From: Octopus sinensis
Lineage: Eukaryota
NCBI RefSeq assembly: GCF_006345805.1
Contig: NC_043000.1
Location: 148,614,001 to 148,678,000 of the forward strand
Length of the DNA: 64,000 nt
Reading direction: 5' to 3'
A model generated the notes under the pieces. The model was not told where the DNA came from and made no database searches. It saw nothing but the letters and a program-made list of their open reading frames with translations. The position numbers were made by a program, and so were the translations under genes. Every line of letters begins with the position of its first letter. Position 1 is the first letter of the stretch. This document shows positions 1 through 11,246 of the stretch, in pieces.

Positions 1-203
1 TCAAGTTTTGGCACAAGACCAGCAATTTCGGGCACAAGACGATTATACCAACCTCAGTGTTTAACTAGTACTTAATTTATTGACACCGAAAGGATGAAAG
101 GCAAAGTCGACCTTGGCGGAATTTGAACTCTGAACTTAAAGACAGACGAAACGCCGCTAAGCATTTTTCCCGGCGTGCTAACGATTCTTCCAGCTCACCG
201 CCT
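1..203 (-). mobile_element. SINE-A, tail A1 (tRNA-derived), truncated by window edge
   Basis: Reverse complement gives an A-box-like GAGCTGGAAGAATCGTTAG, a B-box GAGTTCAAATTCC, the central gcctttcatcctttcggtgtcaataa block and the A1 tail ...gtcttgtgccaaaacttga. Confidence 0.85.
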
Positions 204-605
204 TATTTGTGTATTAAGTATTAATGAATTAGTAAATATATAGACGACGACATTTTAGATATCTATAGGAATTTCAAGAATGTATTATGCTAATGTTGAA
301 GTAGAACGGTTCCATTACAAATAACGGACTAACGTGCATGCATAACAAGCACAAAACAGGATGTTGAATATGCAATTAGAAATGATAAGACCATGTTTCT
401 TTTACGTGGGTTAGATATTGTTACATAATAGGAAAAGCTTCCTGGCAGTGTTTACGTTTATTTAAAAGAAGCTAAGAACGAAGGAAAGGAAAGGAAAATG
501 GCCAAGTTTGGTTTTTCCAATGAAGAGAAAGTTACTAAACCATATGTGTGAGGAAGAAGGCAAGATAATGCGCATATCACTCGGAAATAGTTTACAGGTG
601 CACGT

Positions 606-607
<2 letters not shown>

Positions 608-671
<64 letters not shown>

Positions 672-707
672 TATATATATGCACACATGTATCCTATATA
701 TTATCTT

Positions 708-779
<72 letters not shown>

Positions 780-895
780 CATATATATATACATATATAC
801 ATATATATATATTATATACATATATATACATATATATATATATTATATATAATATATATTATATATATATATATATAATATATATATATATATAT

Positions 896-934
<39 letters not shown>

Positions 935-1160
935 CACACGTGTATCCTTCTATATGTCTATCTTTCTCTCTCTCTCTCTATACATACATACATACATACA
1001 TGCATACATGCATACATACATACATACATACATACATACATACATACATACATACGTACGTACATACATACATACATACATACATACATACATACATACA
1101 TACATACATACATACATACATACATACATACATACATACATACATACATACATACATACA

Positions 1161-1190
<30 letters not shown>
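608..1190. repeat. Compound microsatellite (TA)n/(CT)n/(TACA)n
   Basis: Directly visible; explains all the YI/HT/MYVC ORFs here. Confidence 0.98.
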
Positions 1191-1193
<3 letters not shown>

Positions 1194-1487
1194 CATTATC
1201 GTCATATATCATCATCATCCTTATACGAGCAAGTAGAAATTTATTATTAAAATAAAATTCAGTTTCAAAACCTTGAAAGATAACTTTTCAACAGAAATAA
1301 TAGCCCGGCAGCCTTTTTTTTTTTTTCAAATTCTGAATTACCCGCCGCTTGAAATAGCTATTCCAAACCTCCCTGCTGCACAAGAGGCTTTGAAAGCACA
1401 GTTATGAACATACTTGGAGATCATGTCCTATTTAAACAAGGAGGTTTCTGGAAAATGCACTCCTCCATCTTCTCTCCGTATAGAAAA

Positions 1488-1868
1488 TGGAAGCACTCCG
1501 TCGGTTACGACGATGAGGGTTCCGGTTGATCCGAATCAACGGAACAGCCTGCTCGTGAAATTAACGTGTAAGTGGCTGAGCATTCCACAGACACGTGCAC
1601 CCTTAACGTAGTTCTCGGGGATATTCATCGTGACAGAGAGTGACAAGGCCGGCCCTTTGAAATACAGGTACAACAGAAACAGGAAGTAAGAGTAAGAGAA
1701 AGCTGTGGTGAAAGAGTACAGCAGGGATCACCACCATCCCCTGCCGGAGCCTCGTGGAGCTTTTAGGTGTTTTCGCTCAATAAACACTCACAACGCCCGG
1801 TCTGGGAATCGAAACCGCGATCCTATGACCGCGAGTCCGCTGCCCTAACCACTGGGCCATTGCGCCTC
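1488..1868 (-). mobile_element. SINE-C, full length
   Basis: Head ggcgcaatggcccagtggttagggcagcggactcgcggtc...gtttcgattccc (A/B boxes); tail ...gtcgtaaccgacggagtgcttcca; matches many other copies in the window. Confidence 0.9.
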
Positions 1869-1908
1869 ATAGTCAATATATGAGATATACTTTCTCGATA
1901 AACTAATA

Positions 1909-2324
1909 CTCTCTTTTACTCTTTTACTTGTTTCAGTCATTTGACTGCGGCCATGCTGGAGCACTGCCTTTAGTCGAGCAACTCGACCCCGGGACTTATT
2001 CTTCTGTAAGCCCAGTACTTATTCTATTGGTCTCCTTTTGCCGAACCGCTACGTAACGGGGACGTAAACACACCAGCATCGGTTGTCAAGCAATGCTAGG
2101 GGGACAAATACAGACACACACACACACACAGACACACACACAAACACACACACGCATATATATATATATACATATATACGACGGGCTTCTTTCAGTTTCC
2201 GTCTACCAAATCAACTCACAAGGCTTTGGTCAGCCCGAAGCTATAGTAGAAGACACTTGTCCAAGGTGCCACGCAGTGGGACTGAACCCGGAATCATGTG
2301 GTTGGTAAACAAGCTACTTACCAC
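1909..2324 (-). mobile_element. SINE-B (CORE-like centre, [AAAAGAGT]n tail), slightly 5'-truncated
   Basis: gcaccttggacaagtgtcttctactatag CORE-like block, internal (TA)/(GT) microsatellite, tail aacaagtaaaagagtaaaagag. Confidence 0.9.
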
Positions 2325-3067
2325 GTCATGAATTAACGACAGAGCCCCTAGTAGTCGCTCGACCAGTCAGAAATAACAGCGAAATTTTCCAAAAATCACC
2401 ACCTACTGTATCTTAAATGGAAGGACCTATTGTATAGTGTAGCTTTCACCGTATTATGTCCGGGCGGACTGGGGCTAAACCGCTAAGACGACAACTAGTT
2501 CGGTGCTGAAGAGAAGCAAGATATCATGTCCTGAAACCTTGACAAAGTTAACTACAAAAGCTTTTTCACAGAGAACAAGAACTTGCAATTAGAAACAAGC
2601 CGTCAAATTCTGCAATTGAAAAACTCAAAATTCAATGAATTCTAAGGAAGAATGTTGATGTATTTCCTCTTCTTAATTTAAAATATACGATGTACTTAAT
2701 TGCATCGCTTTAGGTTGCAGTCTACAGGAAAATAATCTAAATATATCAAGTTTGCCTGGGAGTAGGTGGAAGAATTTGCTTTATCAGATTTCCATTAGCT
2801 CGAGAGAGATATCCTACGATGAACCTTAGATACTCGAAACCCAAATTTTAGTACTTCTGAAAGTGTAAACAGAAATGGAAGATAACTTACAGCTGTGTGT
2901 ATTTAATAAACTCACATTTTAAGTTTCGCGCTGAAGAGTAAGTACTATGGTTAAACAATGTTCCAATTTTACTCTGCGACCCAAAAAAGAACATTCTGAC
3001 CATTTTCAGCACTTTACTTCATCTGATGTCTGCTACTCATTTTTTCTGTAGTTATAACATAGTTTCA

Positions 3068-3502
3068 CTTTTTTTTTTATTACCCACAAGGGGCTAAACA
3101 TAGAGGGGACAAACAAGGACAGACAAACGGATTAAGTCGATTACATCGACCCCAGTGCGTAATTGGTACTTAGTTTATCGACCCTGAAAGGATGAAAGAC
3201 AAAGTCGACCTTGGCAGAATTTGAACTCAGAACGTAACGACAGACGAAATACCTATTTCTTTACTGCCCACAAGGAACATTCTATGAGTCGCCGAGAATA
3301 CACAGAAGGGACAAACAAGGACGGACAAACGGATTAAGTCGATTACATAGACCCCAGTGCGTAATTGGTATTTAATTTATCAACCCCGAAAGGATGAAAG
3401 GCAAAGTCGACCTCGGCGGAATTTGAACTCAGAACGTAGCGGCAGACGAAACACTGCTAAGCATTTAGCCTGGCGTGCTAACGATTCTGCCAGCTCGCCG
3501 AC
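3068..3502 (-). mobile_element. SINE-A2 head-to-tail dimer
   Basis: Two A2 bodies joined at gacgaaatacc|tatttc (~3253); the whole dimer is flanked by ttctgtagttataaca(ta)gtttca at 3044-3067 and 3503-3524. Confidence 0.85.
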
Positions 3503-3584
3503 TTCTGTAGTTATAACAGTTTCATTAGCACGGCGAAAAAAATGCTTAGCGACATTTCTTCCGGCTCTTTGTTTTGGAGTTCAA

Positions 3585-3730
3585 AGGAGCAGGGGTGGCT
3601 GTGTGGTAAGAAGTTTCCTTCCCAATCACATGGCTCTGGCTTCAGTCGCACTGCGTGGCAAGTGTTTTCTCCTGTAGCCTCAAGCCGACCAAAGCTTTGT
3701 GAGTGGATTTGGTAGGCGGAAACTGAAAGA
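3585..3730 (+). mobile_element. SINE-B 5' half, diverged
   Basis: gcaggggtggctgtgtggtaagaagttt...ggcaagtgttttct...gtgagtggatttggtaggcggaaactgaaagaag. Confidence 0.75.
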
Positions 3731-3942
3731 AGATATTCTGTCAGTGATCGGGAAAATGAGTTGCTGACCTCAAACAAAGCGATAAAAAATGCTGAAAGTA
3801 GTGAGATAGATTTTCGTTTTATGATCACTCCACCGAGGGAAAACATAGTTTCGCTGTTACATGTTTTTCACAGCATCACCGTTATAAATCTACCGTATAT
3901 CTCAATGAAAAAAAGGAAAAATATGTAGTTCTATTAATTATT

Positions 3943-4175
3943 TCTTTCTTTACTACCCACAATGGGCTAAACACAGAGAGGACAAACAATGACAGACAAA
4001 CAGATTAAGACGATTATATCGACCCCAGCACGTAACTGGTACTTATTTAATCGACCCCGAAAGGATGAAAGGCAAAGTCGACCTCGGCGGAATTTGAACT
4101 CAGAACGTAGCGGCAGACGAAATACCGATAAGCATTTCGCCCGGCGTGCTAACGATTCTGCCAGCTCGCCGCCTT
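3943..4175 (-). mobile_element. SINE-A2, full length
   Basis: Complete head and A2 tail; 17-bp TSD tagttctattaattatt at 3926-3942 and 4176-4192. Confidence 0.92.
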
Positions 4176-4249
4176 TAGTTCTATTAATTATTGTTGAATA
4201 TGAACTTGCACGGTGGATCTAATGGGGGAATAATACCTATTAAATTATG

Positions 4250-4492
4250 AATACGGCTGGCCTAATGGTTAGGATATTGGAATCATGATCGTAAGTGAGG
4301 TCGCTGGTTCGATTCCCGAACCGAGCAGCACGTTGTGATTTTAAACAAGGCACTTCATTTTACATTGCTCCAAAGGCAGCAAGCTGGCAGAATTGTAAGC
4401 ATTCCGGACAAAATGCTCCATGTCATTTCGACCGTGTTTACGTCCTGAGTTCAAATCCCGCCGGGGTCGACTTTGCCTTTCATCTTTTCAGG
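4250..4492 (+). mobile_element. Diverged SINE-F head followed by a partial SINE-A
   Basis: ggcctaatggttag...ggttcgattccc...aacaaggcacttcattttacattgctcca, then gctggcagaattgtaagc...gagttcaaatcccgccggggtcgactttgcctttcatc. Confidence 0.65.
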
Positions 4493-4582
4493 CTCTTACG
4501 TCTATTGTAGAACGGATTTTACATTGCCCCAGTCTACTTAGCTGAAAAAGATTATCAGCCAAATCTTAGCAAATCTTAGCAA

Positions 4583-4781
4583 ATCTCTCCTTCTCTCTCT
4601 CCTTCTCTCTCTCCTTCTCTCTCTCCTTCTCTCTCTCCTTCTCTTTCTCCTTCTCTCTCTTTCTCCTTCTCTCTCTCCCTCTCTCTCTCCTTCTCTCTCT
4701 CTCCTTCTCTCTCTCCCTCTCTCCCTCTCTCTCCCTCTCTCTCCCTCTCTCTCTCCCTCCCTCTCTCCTTCTCTCTTTCCT
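4583..4781. repeat. (CT)n-based polypyrimidine micro/minisatellite
   Basis: Directly visible. Confidence 0.95.
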
Positions 4782-5439
4782 GCCGTGACATCCTCGATGT
4801 TTCATTGGGTCAAGAGTGGGAGTACTGAAATTATGTCTATATCTGCTCCCAACTATATAGGTACCTAGAAGAATGACGAGAGCATGTGCACGCAGCTAAG
4901 TCATATTTGCTTGCTAGTGACGGCAATAGTTATAAAACATTTACTTGGTGCGGTTTACACGGAAACATATCACTGATAAGCAACACAGTAAAGTATTCCA
5001 AAACTACTGAAATACTTGAGCTCGAATTGCTTAACATTTTTAAAGGAAATCAATGGTCGCTGAACTCACATTTCAGCCCACATCCGCTCATACCCAGAAA
5101 CGTATGAATTATACTTTAGTATCAACCACGATACTTTAAAGCTTACGCCCAACTATTGATGTGACTAAGACAGATATAAGAACATTCTATGAGTCGCCGA
5201 GAATACATCTCAAGATTTTTCTTTCATAACATCCTTCTCTGATCGAAGTTCCTCCTTCAATATCTTTGTACATTCTGGCTTACAATACTAAACTTTGATC
5301 TTATACAAAATGCAGGAAAGCATATATAAGCGAATGGTTTTTAAAACTAGTTTACCTACAAATGATATAAGTACACCAGTGAGTGAGATTTTTGAAAATT
5401 TAGAGTCTGAATTCTTCATATCATGGCCATTTGTACAGG

Positions 5440-6183
5440 ATCTAATGACGAAGTTTCTACAATACTTTTTACATCTCTCTGTCCCTGGCCTGGCAATGTT
5501 ACAGAGGAGCTTTACCGGTTCGAGATAAGCTCTTTAGACATGGGTGTGCACCTTCGCCGGTTTGTGCAAGATGTGAGAGGGACAGTGAAACTGTCCTGCA
5601 CGCGATTGTGCAATGCCCCAAGGTGACTGAACTCTGGGCTTATGTCGAACACCTGCTGTCGCATTCGAGAAGAGTACAACTGTCGAGCGAATCTGTAATG
5701 AAGATAGTTCCGTCGACCTCCCTGAATAGGGAGGAGCGAGCCTGTTTTCTCTCGGTAGTTGCTATGGCGAAAGAAGTAGTGTGGAAGACGAGAGTTAAAA
5801 GAATTGCAACAGGCATGTTTATCTCCAGTCTCGAGCTAATCGACTTTTTCGTTTTCCACATGAAACGGAAAATAAGGCTGGAGAAGAAATGCCTGTCGCA
5901 AAGTGTGTTTCGTAAAAGATGGAAGTCTATAGCAAGTATGTTGCGAGTGAAAGAACCTATTTAATCGAGAATGTAAAAAAGGATAAAGCAAAGTCTTCAG
6001 TGTGAGTATGTGGTTTGTGGGGTCGACCGCGTCCTCCGCTTCATTTTTTGTTAATCACTCATTCTCATTTAATTGTATATATTTTAATTGTTTGTTTATT
6101 CATGTTTCGTCTCATTCGATACCCTGACCCCAACGTTTGTTTTGTCCCCTCTATTTCTCAACCTTATGGTGAATAAAGAAATA
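5440..6183 (+). mobile_element. L1/Tx1-clade non-LTR retrotransposon, 3' fragment (ORF2 C-terminus and 3'UTR)
   Basis: Translation WQCYRGALPVRDKLFRHG...VCARCERDSETVLHAIVQCPKVTELW, the CCHC zf-RVT-type motif of L1/Tx1 ORF2; stop at 5964; AATAAA just before (CT)n. Confidence 0.85.
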
Positions 6184-6194
6184 CTCTCTCTCTC

Positions 6195-6243
<49 letters not shown>

Positions 6244-6780
6244 GTCTCTCTGTCTCTCTCTCTGTCTCTCTCTCTCTCTCTCTCAATATTATCTATCTTT
6301 CTCTTTCTGCGTAAACTTATGATCATGTGTCAGCAGAATATCATCTTCATGGCTGCTTGACCTGCTACAAATAGTAGCGAAAGCTTCCTTCAAATCACAC
6401 TTCACCGTCTTAAAAAGAAAATAAAGGACACATCGAACAATGTAGTCCTAGATATACAAAGGCATAGTATGATCAGAGGTAGACCTGGGAGAGGTTTAAA
6501 CCATAGTATCAATCAACGATCACTTTTATTCATCCTTCAGTTATTCATTTATATCCTTGAGCATTTTCCCTTTCTCTCTCCCTATCTATCTACGAACGTG
6601 TCTGTCTGTGGGACTCCTACAGAGTGATTTCATACCCACGGTCAACAGTCTGTGTCATGGTTCGATATCTAGCCGAGTCATTCCACCACACGTCTCTCCT
6701 TTCTTGCGATTTCCTACCATAATCAATATCCTGGGAAGAAGCTAAGAAATGGAGTTGCATAGCATGCACCCCCGACACAA

Positions 6781-7078
6781 GTGGAGGCACATGGCTAGTG
6801 GTTAGAGCAGCGGACTCGCGGTCGAGGGATCGCGGGTTCGAATCACAGACCGGGCGATGTGTGTGTTTATGAGCGAAAACATCTAACCTCTATGCGGCTC
6901 CGGCAGAAGGTAATGGCGAAACTTCTGCTGACTCTTTCGCCACAACTTTCTCTCACTCTTTCCTCCTGCATCTTGCAGCTCACCTGCGACGGACCGGCGT
7001 CCCGTCCAGGTGGGGAACCTATACGCCAAGAAATCGGGAAACCGGCCCATATGAGCCAGGCATGGCTCGAGAAGGAAC
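6781..7078 (+). mobile_element. SINE-D (C-type head with a different tail), copy 1
   Basis: Head shares agcagcggactcgcggtc...gagcgaaaaca with SINE-C; tail cctgcgacggaccggcgtcccgtccagg...gcatggctcgagaagg. Confidence 0.8.
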
Positions 7079-7231
7079 CCTCGACACATCACATAAAGGC
7101 AAAGCGTTCGATGGTGGACCAAGAATACATTAAAACTTACAGAGCTTCTTCGGTTATACTAATATTACTGTCTATGAATTACCCATTCCCCTTCCACCTC
7201 CCTCCCTCCCTTCCTCACCATCTCACTCCCC

Positions 7232-7262
<31 letters not shown>

Positions 7263-7753
7263 TATCTATCTTTCTCTTTCTGCGTAAACTTATGATCATG
7301 TGTCAGCAGAATATCATCTTCATGGCTGCTTGACCTGCTACAAATAGTAGCGAAAGCTTCCTTCAAATCACACTTCACCGTCTTAAAAAGAAAATAAAGG
7401 ACACATCGAACAATGTAGTCCTAGATATACAAAGGCATAGTATGATCAGAGGTAGACCTGGGAGAGGTTTAAACCATAGTATCAATCAACGATCACTTTT
7501 ATTCATCCTTCAGTTATTCATTTATATCCTTGAGCATTTTCCCTTTCTCTCTCCCTATCTATCTACGAACGTGTCTGTCTGTGGGACTCCTACAGAGTGA
7601 TTTCATACCCACGGTCAACAGTCTGTGTCATGGTTCGATATCTAGCCGAGTCATTCCACCACACGTCTCTCCTTTCTTGCGATTTCCTACCATAATCAAT
7701 ATCCTGGGAAGAAGCTAAGAAATGGAGTTGCATAGCATGCACCCCCGACACAA

Positions 7754-8052
7754 GTGGAGGCACATGGCCTAGTGGTTAGAGCAGCGGACTCGCGGTCGAG
7801 GGATCGCGGGTTCGAATCACAGACCGGGCGATGTGTGTGTTTATGAGCGAAAACATCTAACCTCTATGCGGCTCCGGCAGAAGGTAATGGCGAAACTTCT
7901 GCTGACTCTTTCGCCACAACTTTCTCTCACTCTTTCCTCCTGCATCTTGCAGCTCACCTGCGACGGACCGGCGTCCCGTCCAGGTGGGGAACCTATACGC
8001 CAAGAAATCGGGAAACCGGCCCATATGAGCCAGGCATGGCTCGAGAAGGAAC
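7754..8052 (+). mobile_element. SINE-D, copy 2 (product of the tandem duplication)
   Basis: Same as copy 1 apart from one indel. Confidence 0.8.
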
Positions 8053-8202
8053 CCTCGACACATCACATAAAGGCAAAGCGTTCGATGGTGGACCAAGAAT
8101 ACATTAAAACTTACAGAGCTTCTTCGGTTATACTAATATTACTGTCTATGAATTACCCATTCCCCTTCCACCTCCCTCCCTCCCTTCCTCACCATCTCAC
8201 TC

Positions 8203-8271
<69 letters not shown>

Positions 8272-8446
8272 CCAAATCATACACTTCGTCACGCTCTCTC
8301 TTCCTTCCACTCAAACTCTCCTTTTCGCTCTTTCTCCCTCTAAATCACACTCTTCCCTCTCTCTCTCTCAACCACATATCATTCTCTCTCACTCTCCCTC
8401 CCATCTTCTCACTTCCACTCTTTTAAAACTAACAAAACAAGCTTAC

Positions 8447-8659
8447 CTGCTGTGAGTTGATGAGTCTCGTTAAAGCAGTGCACCTGTACGGAATGCCGGC
8501 AAACTCCAAGGTTGATATCAAACAGAAGACCGGTTGGACAGGTACGTTGATAAGGTATGCCGTAGTTGCAAACATAGAACATATCACAGTTGTCCGGATG
8601 CTGAAACATTCCAAACATTTCCGGACACACGAACTGACTTAGGGAAGACCTGATCAGAA
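8447..8659 (-). CDS. Coding exon: end of signal peptide plus a complete chitin-binding peritrophin-A (CBM14/ChtBD2) domain
   Basis: Acceptor ttcgtttgtag| at 8660 and donor GCAG|gtaagc at 8446; 213 nt, phase 1-1. Translation (V)LIRSSLSQFVCPEMFGMFQHPDNCDMFYVCNYGIPYQRTCPTGLLFDINLGVCRHSVQVHCFNETHQLTA has six Cys spaced 12-5-9-12-7 with the conserved aromatics (F-Y-x-C, L-L-F-D). Confidence 0.92.
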
Positions 8660-8749
8660 CTACAAACGAATAAATAAATAATTAGATTAAGTAATGAATA
8701 AATCTTTTCTTGGAACGGCGGCTCTCAAAGCAACAGATAAAGCTATAAA

Positions 8750-9047
8750 TTTTGGCACAAGGCCAGCAATTTCTGGGGTGGGATTAGTCGATTGCATCGA
8801 CCCCAGTGCTCAATTGGTACATATTTTATCTATTTCTTTACTACCCACAAGGGGCTAAACACAGAGAGGACAAACAAGGACAGACACGCGGATTAAGTCG
8901 ATTATATCGACCCCAGTGCGTAACTGGTACATATTTTATCGACTCCAAAAGGATTAAAGGCAAAGTCGACCACGAAGGAATTTAAACTCAGAACGTAAAG
9001 GCGGACAAAATGCGGCGAAGCATCTTGTCCGGTGTGCTAACGATAAA
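8750..9047 (-). mobile_element. Old SINE-A1 carrying an inserted A2 tail fragment
   Basis: tggtacatattttatc duplicated at 8815-8830 and 8925-8940 around an A2 tail. Confidence 0.8.
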
Positions 9048-9454
9048 ACTATAAATAACAGCGTGTAAAATATTTGGCTAAAACCTCTTTGGACAGAAGA
9101 AGTGGAAAGCTGTCCCTTGGTTCCACGGACGGCCTTCGACTTTTTCTATAGCTTTGTCTGCTGCTTCGAGAGCCACAGTTCCCAAAAAGCATCATTTCAC
9201 AATAATTTATATATTTTATGATATCAACAAAATAAATGAATAAACGACGATTTGTTACCCATTACGCAAGGCGAACAGTACAAGATCGTACAGTACAGTA
9301 CAACCAAGCGTCACTCGCGATCGGATATGGTTTGGTGACATGTACAACAAAACATTTTATCTGATGAGTTTACTCTTCTGCCAACCCATCATTTTTTTTT
9401 TAAACAACGATTTCTGATTTAGACTCAAAACCAGCATGTTTGAGGTATAGGGAA

Positions 9455-10920
9455 GTCGTCTATAAAATCTATTTCAGTACTTGACTGGTACTTTATTATA
9501 TCGACCCCAGCGGGATGAAAGCCAAAACTGACTTAGGCAGGATCTGAAATGAGAGAGCTGGAACAAATACCGCAAGCCTTTTTCCTTTTTCTTTTGTGAC
9601 GCTCTATCGCTTCTTCTAGCTCGTCGCCTTTTTGTATGTTCGTAATAACAGTTTCTAATCTAGACACAAGGCCGGCAATTTGGGGGGGAGGAGGAGGATA
9701 CGATACTATAGCTATATGTATTGTATGTTCATGCTATTTCTGAGCTGGTAGAATCGTTAACACGCCGGGCAAAATACTTAGCGGCATTTTATCCGTCTTT
9801 ATGTTCTGAGTTCAAATTTCGCCAAGGTCAGCTTTGCTTTTCATCCTTTCGTAGTCGATAAAAAAAAAGTGCCAGTTAAACACTAGGGTCGATGTAATCG
9901 ATTTGACCCCTTCTCCTGAAATTGCTGGTCTTGTGCCAAAATGTGAAATCAATATATCTAATTCTTTTGGCACAAGGCCAACAATTTTGATAGAAGGGGA
10001 AATCCATTACATCGACTCCTGTACTTAACTGGTTCTTATTTTATTGGCTCCGAAGGATAAAAAGCAGAGTCGACCTCGGTAGCATTTGAACTCAAAACGT
10101 AAAGCCGGAAGAAATGCTGCTAAGCATTTTGTTCGTTGTGTTAAGGATTATGTCACCCTACTATATGTTTGTAGCAATAGAAAGCGTTAACAATTGCAAA
10201 GACTTTGACTTGACATCAATGCATGTACAAGATGTTCAGCTGTTTTCTCAATAGGCTATTATTGCGCATGCGTTTACATTCATTGCCTAAATATCGGTGT
10301 CAAATTTTGGTAAAAAGGCAGAAATTTCAGGAGAGGGGCTAAATCGATTACATCGACCCCAGTAATCAACTGGTCCTTATTTTATCGACCCTAAAAGCAT
10401 ATGAGGCAAAGTCGGTCTCGGCAGAATCCTTTACGTAAAGATGGACGAAATACCTATTTCTTAACTACCCACAAGGGGCTAAACGCAGAGAGGACAAACA
10501 AGGACAGACAAACGGATTAAGTCGATTATATCGACCCCAGTGCGTAACTGGTACTTATTTAATCGACCTCGAAAGGATGAAAGGCAAAGTCGACCACGGC
10601 GGAATTTGAACTCAGAACGTAGCGGCAGACGAAATACCGCTAAGCTTTTTGCCCGGCGCGGTAACGATTCTGCCAGCTGACCGCTTAACACATTGCCTAA
10701 ATATTGGTTACAAGTTTTGGCACAAGGTCAGCAACGTCGGGGGATGGGTAAGTCGATTACATAGACACCCCAGTGATTAACTGGTATTTATTTTATCGAC
10801 CCCGAAAGGACGAAAAGTAAAGTCGACCTCAGTGGAATTTGAACTCAAAGCATAAAGATGGACGAAATGTTGCTAAACATTTTTGAAGGCGTGGTAACGA
10901 TTCTGCCTGCACACCGCCTT
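9455..10920. mobile_element. Intronic SINE-A cluster: ~9455-9630(-), 9742-9948(+), 9965-10150(-), 10300-10685(-, A1/A2 composite), 10705-10920(-)
   Basis: Each segment aligns by eye to the SINE-A consensus. Confidence 0.8.
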
Positions 10921-10949
10921 AGATTCATTGCCTAAATATCGAGAACTAT

Positions 10950-11177
10950 CTCTTTTACTCTTTTACTCTTTTACTTGTTTCAGTCATTTGACTGTGGCCA
11001 TGCTGGAGCACCGCCTTTAGTCGAGCAAATCGACCCCAGGACTTATTCTTTGTTAGCCTAGTACTTATTCTATCGGTCTCTTTTGCCGAACCGCTAAGTA
11101 ACGGGGACGTAAGCACACCAGCATCGATTGTCAAGCGATGTTAGGGGGACAAACACAGACACACAAATACATACACA

Positions 11178-11246
<69 letters not shown>

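Larger units (their letters stand above)
6286..8232. repeat. Near-perfect tandem duplication, 2 x ~974 bp (6286-7258 / 7259-8232)
   Basis: Identical ORFs in the track offset by 973-974 nt; unit borders lie in (CT)n tracts. Confidence 0.95.

Noticed and set aside
2560-5010. Possible next exon of the chitin-binding gene (minus-strand acceptors near 2621, 2722, 2857, 4542, 5006)
   Set aside because: Each gives only a short unremarkable phase-1 peptide (e.g. EFDGLFLIASSCSL*, DCNLKRCN*, EVLKFGFRVSKVHRRISLSS*); none can be preferred without RNA data
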